DNA of 64,000 nt, taken from NCBI GenBank assembly GCA_043814985.1, contig JBDRJK010000019.1, forward strand, positions 64,001-128,000, given 5' to 3'. Both the position numbers and the translations under genes were made by a program. The stretch comes from Candidatus Aenigmatarchaeota archaeon. GTDB taxonomy: Archaea; Aenigmatarchaeota; Aenigmatarchaeia; Aenigmatarchaeales; Aenigmatarchaeaceae. Below are positions 46,147 to 63,460 of the stretch, piece after piece (the first letter of the stretch is position 1; each line of letters begins with the position of its first letter). The notes below the pieces were generated by a model. It was not told the DNA's origin, ran no database searches, and saw nothing but the letters and a program-made list of their open reading frames with translations.

Positions 46147-47771
46147 ACCTTTTCTAGTATCTTTCTTACTCTTTCTCTTCCTATTATCAGAATGAACGGA
46201 GCTAGTCTGGGACCCCAAGACTTTCCTAGCAAAGACAGATATATTGCCTTGAAGAAATCCTTTGAATCGATTCCTACTTCCTTTTTTATCTCGAAGAACC
46301 TTCCATACAATTCCTTTTCTGTTAATTCTTTTTTCAAGTCATTAGCCAAAATTTTTAATGCTTGCCTTTGTTTATCATCCAACTTTTCCTTTGGGGGATT
46401 TTCCAAAATCTTTATCTTGTAGCTTTCGCCTCCGTATCTTTCTGCCCAGTTCTTGGCCATCACGAGCATTTCCTTTATCTTGTTCTCGTCCTCTACTTTC
46501 TCCAGATGTCCTGTTGACTTGAACAGCTCGATTGCCTTCTCAAGCATCTTCTCCTTTGGAACCAATTGCGAAACTAAAGCAGCATAATCAAAAGGAATCT
46601 GGGCCGGCATCTTGTCGGGAACCTCGACCTCGCTCATAACATATAGCCTCTTTGAGAACTCCTCTTTGTCGTCCTCTTCCATGCCAAAGTAAATTCTCTG
46701 CAGCTTGTAGAACTCGTCAACATACTTCGGGATGTACTCATAAGAAAAATCTCTGACTCTGTTCGGTCTCTTCATGAATAGCAGTCTCAGTATTTGCGGC
46801 GGAGCAAACAAGGGCCACTCCCATGTTGCCACCACATTACCCACGGATGCCGACATCTTCTTGCCAGATACAGTCAGGTACTCATAAGGTTGAATGTAGT
46901 TCTTTCCAGGATAAGGCTCTGCCCAACCAAATATTTTTTCACATATCTCACCAGCGCTCCAGAAGGAACCCCCTGGCATGAAGTGCTCCTTGCCGCCAGC
47001 CTCGAAAATGACCTTCCAGTGTGCCCATAACATTCCCCACTCTACTCTCCACAACAATTTTCCGTTCTTCATGTTGCTTTCTCCCTTGAAGCCGCAGCCT
47101 TTCAGCTTTGTGTAAGCATCCACACCGAAAGGTTTGAACTGGTAGTCCTCGCAGGAATATTTCACAACACCCCCATCCATACTAGTCACCTTTGTTGTCA
47201 TTAGTTTTCTACAGTTCTCGCATACAGGCTTCCATGGAGTCCAGTCTTTGGCTAATGGGACCCTTCTCTTCTTGTTGAGAATCTCTTTGATTTCATCAAG
47301 GTTTTCAAACACAAGCTTGATCCACTTGGAGAAAGTTCCTGCTCTATATTCCTTGGATGTTGAGAAGTATTCAGGGCTTGTCCCGAATTTCTTCAGGCTT
47401 TCCACAAATTTCGTGCAGAAATGCTCGCTGTAAGTCTTGTGGCAACCCTCAGGGCATGGTATGTCAGCAACAGGCATTCCCAGATACTTGTCAAAGCTTT
47501 TGGGTATCCCTGCAGGAACCTTTCTCAAGGCGTCCATGTCCTCCCCTATCCACAGGAACCTGGGTTCACGACCCTTTTCCTTCAGTGACCTTACAACAGC
47601 ATCGTTCCTTATGACGTCGGACGCGTTGCCTATGTGAGGAACTCCGGAAATTGAAGTAGAACTTTTTACAGCAAAATTTTTGGGCAGCTCGTATTTCTTT
47701 TTTATGTAATTGTAACCTTTCCTGTTCAAAATCATGTCTGCTATCTCATCTGACCAAAATATTTCTCCCAT
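46143..47771 (-). CDS. lysS: lysine--tRNA ligase, class I
   Basis: SGVPHIGN, DALRKVP, GKLLWRVEW, KMSASVGN, GPRL. Confidence 0.96.
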   Translation of the reverse strand: MGEIFWSDEIADMILNRKGYNYIKKKYELPKNFAVKSSTSISGVPHIGNASDVIRNDAVVRSLKEKGREPRFLWIGEDMDALRKVPAGIPKSFDKYLGMPVADIPCPEGCHKTYSEHFCTKFVESLKKFGTSPEYFSTSKEYRAGTFSKWIKLVFENLDEIKEILNKKRRVPLAKDWTPWKPVCENCRKLMTTKVTSMDGGVVKYSCEDYQFKPFGVDAYTKLKGCGFKGESNMKNGKLLWRVEWGMLWAHWKVIFEAGGKEHFMPGGSFWSAGEICEKIFGWAEPYPGKNYIQPYEYLTVSGKKMSASVGNVVATWEWPLFAPPQILRLLFMKRPNRVRDFSYEYIPKYVDEFYKLQRIYFGMEEDDKEEFSKRLYVMSEVEVPDKMPAQIPFDYAALVSQLVPKEKMLEKAIELFKSTGHLEKVEDENKIKEMLVMAKNWAERYGGESYKIKILENPPKEKLDDKQRQALKILANDLKKELTEKELYGRFFEIKKEVGIDSKDFFKAIYLSLLGKSWGPRLAPFILIIGRERVRKILEKV

Positions 47772-47822
47772 AATAATCTCCAATAATTAAATTATTTATA
47801 TTAGTTTACATAAAAAGAGGGT

Positions 47823-49019
47823 ATGATAGACCCGTACACAGTATCTGTTTTGTTATTCTTCGCACTTCTCGGAATCATAATATACAGGGACAGGAAGAAC
47901 ATTGACTTCAAGTATATCCTCCTGATGAGGAGAACCAAGAGGTTCAGTAAGATATTGGACACTATAGCTAAGAAGTCAGTTACTTTCTGGAAAGTCACAG
48001 GAACAATAGCCTTTGTGCTTTGCTTCCTTGTCATGATATACGGCACCTATACTATGATTAACATTGCCTATCTGATTCAGACTGGTGTGATAGACCAGCC
48101 AGCGCTATCTTTTGCGCTTCCTGTTCCATCGGACCAGATGATTGTCTCGCCCGGTTTCATAGGAATACCCTTCTGGATCTGGATAATAGTTATTACAATA
48201 ATTTTGATACCTCATGAGGCTTTCCACGGCATAATAGCAAGGGCTGAGAAGATAAAACTGAAGGATGTCGGTCTCATGCTTTTGGCGATTTTCCCAGGCG
48301 CGTTCGTTGAGCCTGACGAAAAACAATTAAAGAAATCAAAGCTGATGACAAAACTGAGAATTTTCTCTGCTGGAAGCTTCATCAACATTGTCATAGGAAT
48401 GCTTGTGATAGTTCTGGTTCAGAGTCTTCTCTGGTCCCCGAATGTGGGCGGCATACTCATAACAAACGTGAACGAGACATCACCTGCTTATGATATAGGC
48501 CTAGAAGAGGGAATGGTTATTGAGAGCATTGATGGAAAAGAACTAACCATGAATTTCGATGAGTATTCCTTTTTGATACTTATGGTGTCAGGCTCAAACT
48601 CGGGAGACATCACGCAATACATATCCCAGCTGATTCTTTTCAGGGAGCTCAGTGCTTACAGCCCTGGAGACACTGTTAGTTTGAGAATTAGTGGAAACGA
48701 TTATGATTTAACATTGGCTGAACACCCGGAGATAGAGGTGGAAGGCGGGTTCCCCTACATAGGAGTAAACTCCAAGTTCAACGTAGCAGATGTCAACATG
48801 TTCTTTGTCCTGTTCCCGCTTTTGGGATTGATAGCAACCCTCAGCATGCTGGTCGGCGCCTTCAACATACTCCCTATATATCCTCTGGACGGTGGCTTGA
48901 TAGTCCAGTCATTGGCTGAAAGGTTTGCAAAGAAAATATCAAAACAGATTGTTATTGGCGTAACAGCAGTAATGGTTGTTATAATAATATTCAGCTTTGT
49001 AGGTCCTCTGTTTCTATAG
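47823..49019 (+). CDS. site-2 protease (M50) with PDZ domain
   Basis: HEAFHG, GAFVEPDE, SPA, NILPIYPLDGG. Confidence 0.93.
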   Translation: MIDPYTVSVLLFFALLGIIIYRDRKNIDFKYILLMRRTKRFSKILDTIAKKSVTFWKVTGTIAFVLCFLVMIYGTYTMINIAYLIQTGVIDQPALSFALPVPSDQMIVSPGFIGIPFWIWIIVITIILIPHEAFHGIIARAEKIKLKDVGLMLLAIFPGAFVEPDEKQLKKSKLMTKLRIFSAGSFINIVIGMLVIVLVQSLLWSPNVGGILITNVNETSPAYDIGLEEGMVIESIDGKELTMNFDEYSFLILMVSGSNSGDITQYISQLILFRELSAYSPGDTVSLRISGNDYDLTLAEHPEIEVEGGFPYIGVNSKFNVADVNMFFVLFPLLGLIATLSMLVGAFNILPIYPLDGGLIVQSLAERFAKKISKQIVIGVTAVMVVIIIFSFVGPLFL

Positions 49020-49408
49020 AACTTTCAGTTCCTTTATGTCGCTGTTCCTTTCCAAGAACTTTCTTATGACCTTTATGTTGCATCCGCCCTTGCCGATTAT
49101 GGAGCCTCGGTTTTCAGAATTCAAAACAACAGTTGCCTTGCCGTCCTTTATCTCGATTTTCTTGGCCTTGGGTATCATGTTCTTTATGAATTCCTCGTCG
49201 TTCTCGTCCCACTCAAACACCTTTATTGGCTTTCTGAGCATCTTCTCTGCGCTCTTGATGTTGTAGCCGTTCTTGCCTATTGTCCTGGCCATCTTCCCGG
49301 GATTAACGAGAAAATAAAGAGTGTCAGAAAAAACACAGTCCCTAATTTCAGTTCCTGTTATGTTCTCGAATGTTGCCATCAGTTTTATTGTGTCGTTGTC
49401 AAATTCTC

Positions 49409-49412
<4 letters not shown>
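49014..49412 (-). CDS. nusA: archaeal NusA (KH) transcription factor
   Basis: FENITG, IGKNG, IIGKGGCNI; located in the rpo operon. Confidence 0.92.
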
Positions 49413-56541
<7,129 letters not shown>

Positions 56542-56545
56542 GGAA

Positions 56546-56791
56546 TCACTTCTTTTTGACAACTATCCTGTAGTATGTAGTTGATCCTGCAACTGGGGAC
56601 TTTCTAAGAATCTTTAAAATATCTCCCTCTTCTGCTTCCAATTCCTTTACAGCAGGGTCGTTGGCAAGTATTTTGGGCAGTTGATTGGGTTTTATCTTCA
56701 GACTTTCAAGCAGTTCCTTTTTTTCACTATCATCAAGAATAATGTGCTCTGGAACTAATTCATGTTTTAGAACGCTAAATTCTTTTCCCAA
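56546..56791 (-). CDS. rpo5: RNA polymerase subunit Rpo5 (H)
   Basis: HELVPEHII, QLPKI...DP, RKSPVAG...YYRIVV; likely TTG start after GGTGA. Confidence 0.95.
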   Translation of the reverse strand: MGKEFSVLKHELVPEHIILDDSEKKELLESLKIKPNQLPKILANDPAVKELEAEEGDILKILRKSPVAGSTTYYRIVVKKK

Positions 56792-56889
56792 CCCATCACC
56801 ATATAGATTACTCTGACTGCAGAGTAAAACCAAGATGTATTTTCTATATAGATTTTTAAGGCTTATAAAGCTTACTATTTTAAGGCTTT

Positions 56890-57168
56890 TTACCTTCTTT
56901 TCCTAGTCTTGGTTTTTTTGACAGTTCTTTTAGCCTTCCTAACAGGCTTTCTTCTTGGTTTTGGCTTTACTCTTCTCTCTACAACCCTTAGTTCAACTGG
57001 TCTTGATGGAGTAGCTGGAAAATATATCTGTATAGCCACGCTTAAGATTGACACTGCAACCAAAAACATGCCAAAAGAAATTGCTACTGGACTTAATGGG
57101 TTTAAAAATACTATTACTATCCCTATTGCGAAGAGTATTATAGTCAAAATCAATGTCCCTATATTCAT
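56890..57168 (-). CDS. small 2-TM protein with basic C-terminal tail
   Basis: Two hydrophobic helices followed by a K/R-rich tail. Confidence 0.6.
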   Translation of the reverse strand: MNIGTLILTIILFAIGIVIVFLNPLSPVAISFGMFLVAVSILSVAIQIYFPATPSRPVELRVVERRVKPKPRRKPVRKAKRTVKKTKTRKRR

Positions 57169-57192
57169 AAGTCTATATTTGGAAAAACGTGC

Positions 57193-57656
57193 TTAAAAGG
57201 TTTTCTCTCTTGCCTTTAACGACTTGAATAGTTCTAAGGCCTTAAGCGATTCGTTTCTAACATCAAGGGGTATTTTCTCTTGGTTCAGCTCTTCTGATGA
57301 AAACCATGCAAAATCCTTTAATTCTGTTGTATTGGTAGATATGCTCTCTGGATTTTTCGGGACGCATAAATAGAAAAGGCAACAGTGGTTGTGATCTCCT
57401 ACATTATGAACATTGACATAGAAAGGTACGGCAAGCTGTTCTACTATATTGCCTTCAATAGGAAGGTCATTCCTGTTTAATATCTCTATCTCAAGCCCCA
57501 GTTCTTCCTTGAGCTCCCTTTTACAGCGTCGTCCGGAGTCTCGTTTTCTTCCATGTGTCCTCCGGGAGGCAGCCACTTGTCCAGTTTTTTGTGATGAATC
57601 AAAAGAACTTTGTTTTCATTTATTACGTAAGCTGCGATGACCAAATCATTTTTCAT
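57193..57656 (-). pseudogene. Nudix hydrolase with 1-nt frameshift in the Nudix box
   Basis: MKNDLVIAAYVINENKVLLIHHKKLDKWLPPGGHMEENETPDDAVK / RELKEELG; shift at the A-run 57519-57522. Confidence 0.8.
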
Positions 57657-57692
57657 ATAATCAAAATTAGCATTAATAGCTTAAAATCATTG

Positions 57693-57765
57693 TGGGCCCA
57701 GAGGGATTCGAACCCTCGACCTATCGGTTAAGAGCCGATCGCTCTACCAACTGAGCTATGGGCCC
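57693..57765 (-). tRNA. tRNA-Lys(CTT)
   Basis: Reverse complement GGGCCCATAGCTCAGTTGGTAGAGCGATCGGCTCTTAACCGATAGGTCGAGGGTTCGAATCCCTCTGGGCCCA. Confidence 0.96.
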
Positions 57766-57799
57766 GTTAAATAAGAAATAAGAATTACATTTTATAAAA

Positions 57800-57985
57800 T
57801 TACTTCTTTCTGTTCTTCTTCAAAATGCTCTTCCATGCCCAATTGAAAATCCTCAATTTAGAAGAAGGATAGCCGCAGTGAGAACATTTCTTCTTTCTTA
57901 TATGGTAGGTGTGCTTCCCGCATCTCCTGCAACGACTATGAGTAACTTTATTATGCTTACCAAAAGAAGGAGTTCCCTTTGCCAT
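57800..57985 (-). CDS. rpl37e: 50S ribosomal protein L37e
   Basis: KGTPSFGK...CRRCG...CSHCGY. Confidence 0.96.
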   Translation of the reverse strand: MAKGTPSFGKHNKVTHSRCRRCGKHTYHIRKKKCSHCGYPSSKLRIFNWAWKSILKKNRKK

Positions 57986-57998
57986 ATAAACACCCCTA

Positions 57999-58214
57999 TT
58001 ACTCTGGTGAAACGAAGATTATTGTGTCTCCCCTAACAAGAATCGAACCAAGCTTGACTTTCTTGTCGTCCTTTGTCTCTTCCGCGTCTTCCAGCCAAAG
58101 GTTCAAGTGCAAATCAAACGCTTGCAGAACTCCTGTCATCTCTGCTCCGTTCTTCAACCTGATAATTACTCTCTTTTCTTTTGCTTTATCCAAAACGTCT
58201 AATGGTCTTGTCAT
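57999..58214 (-). CDS. Sm-like archaeal protein (LSm)
   Basis: RPLDVL, G.L.AFDLHLNL.L, RGD; adjacent to rpl37e. Confidence 0.95.
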   Translation of the reverse strand: MTRPLDVLDKAKEKRVIIRLKNGAEMTGVLQAFDLHLNLWLEDAEETKDDKKVKLGSILVRGDTIIFVSPE

Positions 58215-58296
58215 AAAATCAACAAATTTAAACTCTATAAGAGATATTATGTCAACATATTTAAATATATCTGCGTACAATTTTGATAGTGATTAA

Positions 58297-58683
58297 ATGG
58301 CAATAACCCAAGTTAAAAGCAAGAGAAAACTTACTGGTGGGAAATACAAAAAACTTAGGAAGAAAAAGAAGAGGGATTTCGGTAGGGATTTCTTTCCCAT
58401 AAGGATCGAGGAAGATTCAAGGAAGACTCTGGTATGTCTGGGCAATACAGAAAAGCAGAGGATATTCCAGGCAGATAAGGCTAATGTTTTCGATGCTTCA
58501 GGAAAGGCCAAGGTAGTTGAAATTCTTAATGTTGAAAAGAATCCAGCCAACCCTCACTTTGTCAGGATGGGTATCATAACCAAGGGAGCTGTTGTCAAGA
58601 CTGAGTTGGGTCTGGCAAAGATTGTTTCTCGCCCTGGACAGCACGGGGTTGTTAATGCTGTTTTGGTCAAAGAGAAGAAGTAA
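58297..58683 (+). CDS. rps8e: 30S ribosomal protein S8e
   Basis: RKLTGGK, NPANPHFVRMGIITKGAVV, SRPGQHGVVNAVL. Confidence 0.96.
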   Translation: MAITQVKSKRKLTGGKYKKLRKKKKRDFGRDFFPIRIEEDSRKTLVCLGNTEKQRIFQADKANVFDASGKAKVVEILNVEKNPANPHFVRMGIITKGAVVKTELGLAKIVSRPGQHGVVNAVLVKEKK

Positions 58684-58764
58684 GAGCTTAAGTAAAAAAT
58701 ATTGATTAAGAAAATTTTATAAGTCCAATTCTTAAAATATAACTTGAATATTAAGTGATTTATA

Positions 58765-60585
58765 ATGTTTGAAATAAGTCTGTACTCCCTTTTACCATTA
58801 ATAGCTTTTTTATCAAATATAATTCTAGGATTATTTATTCTCTTTAGAAATCCAAAAAATAAACTGAATATACTATATAGTCTAGTTACCTTTTCATGGG
58901 CTTTATGGGCTTTAGGAGATTTTTTGGTTTTCACAGCTTCTTCTCCAATAGAAGCTTTAAATCTAAGCAAGATAGCAACGATTGGTGCTTCACTTAATGC
59001 TATTTTAGTAATCCATTTCTTTCTAGTTTTCACGAAATCTAAAATGTTGTCAAATAAAAAATTCTATTCTTTATATTTAGTTTCTTTGTACTTCATATTT
59101 TTCACTCTTTCAACAAATCTAATATCAGAAGGTGCAATAAGCTCTTGGTGGGGATATCACATAATACGTGGAATTCTATACTTACCTTTCACATCTTATA
59201 TCTCAGGATATGTAATTTTTAGTATTTTTTTTGCTTATAAGTATTTTAAGGGAACTAAATCGGAAAAAGAAAAAAAATTGATAAAGATACTAATCATTGC
59301 TACAATAATACCTCTTACTGGTGGGATTCTATCTCAGGTTATTCCTCAAATTCTAGGTTTTGAGTTCATCCGTTTAACAACTACATTAACAACTATATCA
59401 GCAGTATTTATTGCATATTCAGTTTTAAAACATAGGTTGTTGTCTATCACGCCAAATATAGCAGCAAAAAAAGTATTAGATATTATGGAAGATTATTTAA
59501 TTCTTGTTGATGAAAATAAGAAAATATGTTATATTAATAATTTAGTTATAAAACTTCTTGGATATAAAAAAGTAGAATTGGTTGGGAAACCTCTTAGTAT
59601 TATTATTTCTGATAATAAAAAAAATATAGAATTTGTGATTTATAAAAATATTAAAGAGAAGAGCTATATGAGGAATTATGAAACAATAATTTTAACAAAA
59701 ACTAAAAGAAAAATACCAGTATCTATAAATGGTTCTGTATTGAAAGACAATATGGGAAATATTATTGGTTATATTCTAATCATGAGAGATATGATTGAGA
59801 CTAATAAACTTATTTTTAATCTGAGAGAAAAGACATTAGAACTAGAAAAGTCTGAAAAAAGATTGAAAAAGAGTCTAAATGAACTTAAGAAGACAGATAC
59901 AGAGAAAAATGAATTTATATCAATAGCAGCTCATGAGTTGAAGACGCCTATGGCAGCAATTCATGGCTTTTCTCAGCTCCTAAAGAATAAAAGTATTTGT
60001 GAAGATTCTAAGAGAAGAGAAAAATATTTAAAAATTATAGAAAGTGAGACTAATCGTCTAAGTAAGATGGTTACAGACATATTGGATCTTTCAAGAGTCG
60101 ATCTTGGAACTTTGAAACTAGCTTTGGATGATGTTAATATAAATGATGTAATAGAAGAAGTAAAAAATGAGTTATATTCAGAAATAAATAAAAGGGGACT
60201 TAAATTAGTTGTAAAAAAAGATCCAAAAATACCAGTAATAAAAACGGACGAAGAAAAAGTAAAAAGAGTATTAATAAACCTGATAGGTAATTCAATAAAA
60301 TATACTGAAAAAGGTAGTATTGAAGTTATGAGTGTAAAGGATAGAAATAGAATCATAGTTACCATATCTGACACTGGAATAGGTATTCCTAAAAAGGATT
60401 TCAAAAACATTTTCAAGAGATTTTTCCAGGTTGAATCCACATACACAAGAAAAATCAAGGGGACTGGTCTCGGTCTGTCTATATCTAAAGAACTAGTGGA
60501 AACAATGGGAGGCAAGATGTGGTTTGAAAGTAAAAACGGGAAGGGTAGCGCTTTTCATTTCATGTTACCGATAAAAAGAAAGTAA
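58765..60585 (+). CDS. 7TM-PAS sensor histidine kinase
   Basis: ~7 N-terminal TM helices, PAS domain, H-box AHELKTP, N-box NLIGNSIKY, G1 DTGIGI, G2 GTGLGL; very AT-rich. Confidence 0.95.
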   Translation: MFEISLYSLLPLIAFLSNIILGLFILFRNPKNKLNILYSLVTFSWALWALGDFLVFTASSPIEALNLSKIATIGASLNAILVIHFFLVFTKSKMLSNKKFYSLYLVSLYFIFFTLSTNLISEGAISSWWGYHIIRGILYLPFTSYISGYVIFSIFFAYKYFKGTKSEKEKKLIKILIIATIIPLTGGILSQVIPQILGFEFIRLTTTLTTISAVFIAYSVLKHRLLSITPNIAAKKVLDIMEDYLILVDENKKICYINNLVIKLLGYKKVELVGKPLSIIISDNKKNIEFVIYKNIKEKSYMRNYETIILTKTKRKIPVSINGSVLKDNMGNIIGYILIMRDMIETNKLIFNLREKTLELEKSEKRLKKSLNELKKTDTEKNEFISIAAHELKTPMAAIHGFSQLLKNKSICEDSKRREKYLKIIESETNRLSKMVTDILDLSRVDLGTLKLALDDVNINDVIEEVKNELYSEINKRGLKLVVKKDPKIPVIKTDEEKVKRVLINLIGNSIKYTEKGSIEVMSVKDRNRIIVTISDTGIGIPKKDFKNIFKRFFQVESTYTRKIKGTGLGLSISKELVETMGGKMWFESKNGKGSAFHFMLPIKRK

Positions 60586-60672
60586 TAAATAGTAAAAAAG
60601 TCGCTAAAATGATGATATAAACAAATATGTGAATCATCTTAATCAAAGAAGTGTAAAGTTCTGGAATAACAG

Positions 60673-60894
60673 CTAATTGTGTAGTTTAATATTATATTTC
60701 CTATAGAGAGGCTTCAGTTTTCTTCTTGTCACGTCTTCACCTATTATTTTTGCTAAAAAATATTCACATTCTTCCATGAAGTCTTCTGGATATTTTTCTG
60801 GATCATCAAAACTATCAAGTTGTCTAGCCACTTCTCTTCCGAATAGGTCTAAAATAATTTTTTTTGCATCATCTTTTAATGCCATTTTCTCCAT
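60673..60894 (-). CDS. small helical hypothetical protein
   Basis: 73-aa last ORF of a four-gene operon. Confidence 0.6.
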   Translation of the reverse strand: MEKMALKDDAKKIILDLFGREVARQLDSFDDPEKYPEDFMEECEYFLAKIIGEDVTRRKLKPLYRKYNIKLHN

Positions 60895-60898
60895 CTAA

Positions 60899-61237
60899 TC
60901 AGCTTTTTATATACTTTGAATACTCCCTCTCGAACATGAAACAACCAATGAAAAATATAATGGAACCTATTGAACACAAAAGTATTATGTGAATAGAGCC
61001 ATAGATTGTTTCTGGGAAGCCTCCATGTATTCCAGACAGGCAGACAACTTCCCCCATTTCATGAAGTACTGCGAACAGGAACATCCCAGCACCTACCATA
61101 AACGCGTATTTTTTGAATCTTTTTCCGCCAAAAATTTTTAGAAACCCTATTAGCATAACGGTTCCGATTGTCAAGAAGAAAACGCTATATATTTCAGCAC
61201 CAAGCATTTCGAAATGCGCAAGAGTTTCAATTACCAT
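60899..61237 (-). CDS. 3-TM membrane protein with HE-x-x-E and second His
   Basis: Paralog of the adjacent ORF (FFLT.G...FG.K..K.Y...HE..E...IH). Confidence 0.7.
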   Translation of the reverse strand: MVIETLAHFEMLGAEIYSVFFLTIGTVMLIGFLKIFGGKRFKKYAFMVGAGMFLFAVLHEMGEVVCLSGIHGGFPETIYGSIHIILLCSIGSIIFFIGCFMFEREYSKYIKS

Positions 61238-61559
61238 TTTCTTTTCTCCTTAAGGACATAAGACTCCCAATCTCTTTTTTTAGAAGAATGGCTGCGGCAA
61301 AATACGATGTAACCAACAAGATTGAAATAATCAAGAAATGTATTTCGAAATTTTGTAAATCATACAATCCATGTATCATTTCCAGACCTTCATGAAAAAT
61401 AGCAAAAGCGATTATAACAACGCACATGAAAACCGAATAAATTTTGGATTTTTTCGAGCCGAATTTTAAGAAGAATTTTATAAGAAAAATCGCTCCGAGA
61501 GTAAGAAAAAACATGCTTATCGCATCTGCTAAAACCAGCTCCAAAGGAACATATGTCAT
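61227..61559 (-). CDS. 3-TM membrane protein with HE-x-x-E and second His
   Basis: Paralog of 60899-61237. Confidence 0.7.
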   Translation of the reverse strand: MTYVPLELVLADAISMFFLTLGAIFLIKFFLKFGSKKSKIYSVFMCVVIIAFAIFHEGLEMIHGLYDLQNFEIHFLIISILLVTSYFAAAILLKKEIGSLMSLRRKENGN

Positions 61560-62020
61560 TTATACATCTCCGTTAACGCGCCAGCAATGGCATAGCTCAG
61601 CACCGAGTACAGTATGAGCGACTCTCCGATGCCCACAAAAGGCATTACAGAGCCTGTCATGCTTGGATTAAGGCCTGCTAAAGAAAATCCTCCCGTAGTG
61701 AGGAAATGGCCTGATAGTCCTATTCCGATTATTATCTCACCAAGACCCCATTTTATGTTAAGCTTCTCTACTCTGTCTTTTATCCTCAAATCATAGAGCA
61801 AAAAAAGCAGGAGAAAGGATATGCAAAGAGTATGAACATGTGCTACTTTTAAAAATGAAGGTATCTCCTCTCCGGCAGACAGCATCTCAGCCATTTTAAA
61901 TCCTATCCAGAGAGCATAAACTATAATAAAATATATTGTGTACAGATACACCTTTCTAACTGAACTTTTCCAGCCATCGTTGGAATCGGAAATTATCGAT
62001 TTTTTAATACTCTCTTTCAT
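61556..62020 (-). CDS. 4-TM membrane protein with AHVH motif
   Basis: KVAHVHTLC in TM2, a further His in TM3. Confidence 0.7.
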   Translation of the reverse strand: MKESIKKSIISDSNDGWKSSVRKVYLYTIYFIIVYALWIGFKMAEMLSAGEEIPSFLKVAHVHTLCISFLLLFLLYDLRIKDRVEKLNIKWGLGEIIIGIGLSGHFLTTGGFSLAGLNPSMTGSVMPFVGIGESLILYSVLSYAIAGALTEMYK

Positions 62021-62106
62021 AATGATAATTATTAATTCCGTATTTAAAAGTTATCTTTTTAAGTAATTGATTTTAATTTATTATATCATAATAAGCAAGT
62101 GTTGAA

Positions 62107-62478
62107 ATGCCTAAGAAAATAATGGTTGTAGACGATGAGGAAAATCTTCTAGAGCTTGTTAAGGTCATATTTGAAGAAGAAAATTTTGAAGTTGTTACAG
62201 CTGTCAGTGGGCAAGATTGTTTAAAAAAACTAGAGAGTTCTAAACCAGACCTAATCTTGTTAGATATGATGATGCCCAAGATGACAGGAAAAGAGACTGT
62301 TAAAAAAATCAGGGAGAATCCAAAAACAAAAGACATCAAAATAATATTTCTTACAGTTGCAAGATTGTCAGAAGTTGGGTTGGAAGATCTCAAGAAACTG
62401 GATATCCTAGATTATATAACTAAACCCTTTGACAATGATGATTTGGTTAGAAGGGTAAAGAAGGCACTGGGAGCATAA
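62107..62478 (+). CDS. stand-alone response regulator receiver
   Basis: VVDDE, LLDMMMPKMTG, FLT, YITKPF. Confidence 0.95.
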   Translation: MPKKIMVVDDEENLLELVKVIFEEENFEVVTAVSGQDCLKKLESSKPDLILLDMMMPKMTGKETVKKIRENPKTKDIKIIFLTVARLSEVGLEDLKKLDILDYITKPFDNDDLVRRVKKALGA

Positions 62479-62546
62479 GATGTTATCTGTTTTGAAACAG
62501 AGAACAGATGAATGTATTAGGTCTTGTAGTGTTTACGTAATTTATA

Positions 62547-63167
62547 GTGAATAGAATGCTGCCCAAGTATAAAACCCAGATATTGAATACTTTCTGGAAC
62601 TCTTGCGTTGATAATGCTTTAGGTGCTCTGTCTGAGATGATTAAAAAAGAAGTTAAAATAACTAAATCTTCAATAAACATTGAGCCCTTAAATAGGGTAC
62701 CTGAATTAATGGATCATATAGAAACATCCAACTTGATTCTGTATACAAAGGTGGCTGGCAATCCCAAATACGTAATACTCTTGTGTTCACCTCTGAAGCA
62801 TTATCTAAGGCTTATAGACATGTTATTACACATGAAAATAGACTACTACGAAGCCTTGAACGAGGAAAACGAGGCTGTGGTTCTTGAGCTTGGGAACATC
62901 ATAAACGGATACATCATATCATCATTGAATCATTTGTTCGACACTAAATTCAATTTTGACAAAACCGAGATATCCACCAATCCGTTCAGGGTTGTTGAGG
63001 ATTTCGGGTTTGGTAATATATACAAAGAAAAAATCAATGTTCTAGCATTTAATTCTGTTTTTAAAGTGAATTCTGAGAGTATTGAAGGAAAGTTGATTTT
63101 GTTAACAGAAAGAGACAAAGTTGATATTATTCTTGATAGAATAAGCAATAAACTGAAAGTAGTTTAG
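62547..63167 (+). CDS. CheC-like phosphatase
   Basis: NALGALSEMI.KEV.IT and ELGNIING (ExxN); the first CheC motif is degenerate. Confidence 0.8.
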   Translation: MNRMLPKYKTQILNTFWNSCVDNALGALSEMIKKEVKITKSSINIEPLNRVPELMDHIETSNLILYTKVAGNPKYVILLCSPLKHYLRLIDMLLHMKIDYYEALNEENEAVVLELGNIINGYIISSLNHLFDTKFNFDKTEISTNPFRVVEDFGFGNIYKEKINVLAFNSVFKVNSESIEGKLILLTERDKVDIILDRISNKLKVV

Positions 63168-63211
63168 ACAATAATAAGTATATTTAAATTTAATGGCTAA
63201 ATATATAAACT

Positions 63212-63460
63212 ATGGCTGATATTCAATCAATAGACATGAAAAATGGTAAAATTCTTGTAAATCTGAGATTAACCAAAGAAGAATACAACCTGTTGGGACA
63301 ATTAACAGAGCAATTACTACTCTTACCAGCAGGCCCCAATATCTCAAATGTTTTCTTATCTAATCAACATTCTCATAATTTTCTGGATTCCAAGAAGGAT
63401 TACAAGAAAATACGAGGTCCAATTTACCCTCGAAAAAATATTTTTGATTGGGTTGAATAA
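63212..63460 (+). CDS. hypothetical protein, probably 3'-truncated
   Basis: Has a TATA box and start, but the last ~100 nt overlap the convergent cupin gene. Confidence 0.35.
   Translation: MADIQSIDMKNGKILVNLRLTKEEYNLLGQLTEQLLLLPAGPNISNVFLSNQHSHNFLDSKKDYKKIRGPIYPRKNIFDWVE

Noticed and set aside
57515..57525. Programmed -1 frameshift in the Nudix gene
   Set aside because: No in-frame X XXY YYZ slippery heptamer or clear downstream structure; mutation or sequencing error is simpler.
62107..63167. Chemotaxis operon
   Set aside because: Only a receiver and a CheC-like protein are present; no CheA, CheW, CheB, CheR, MCP or archaellum genes in the window.
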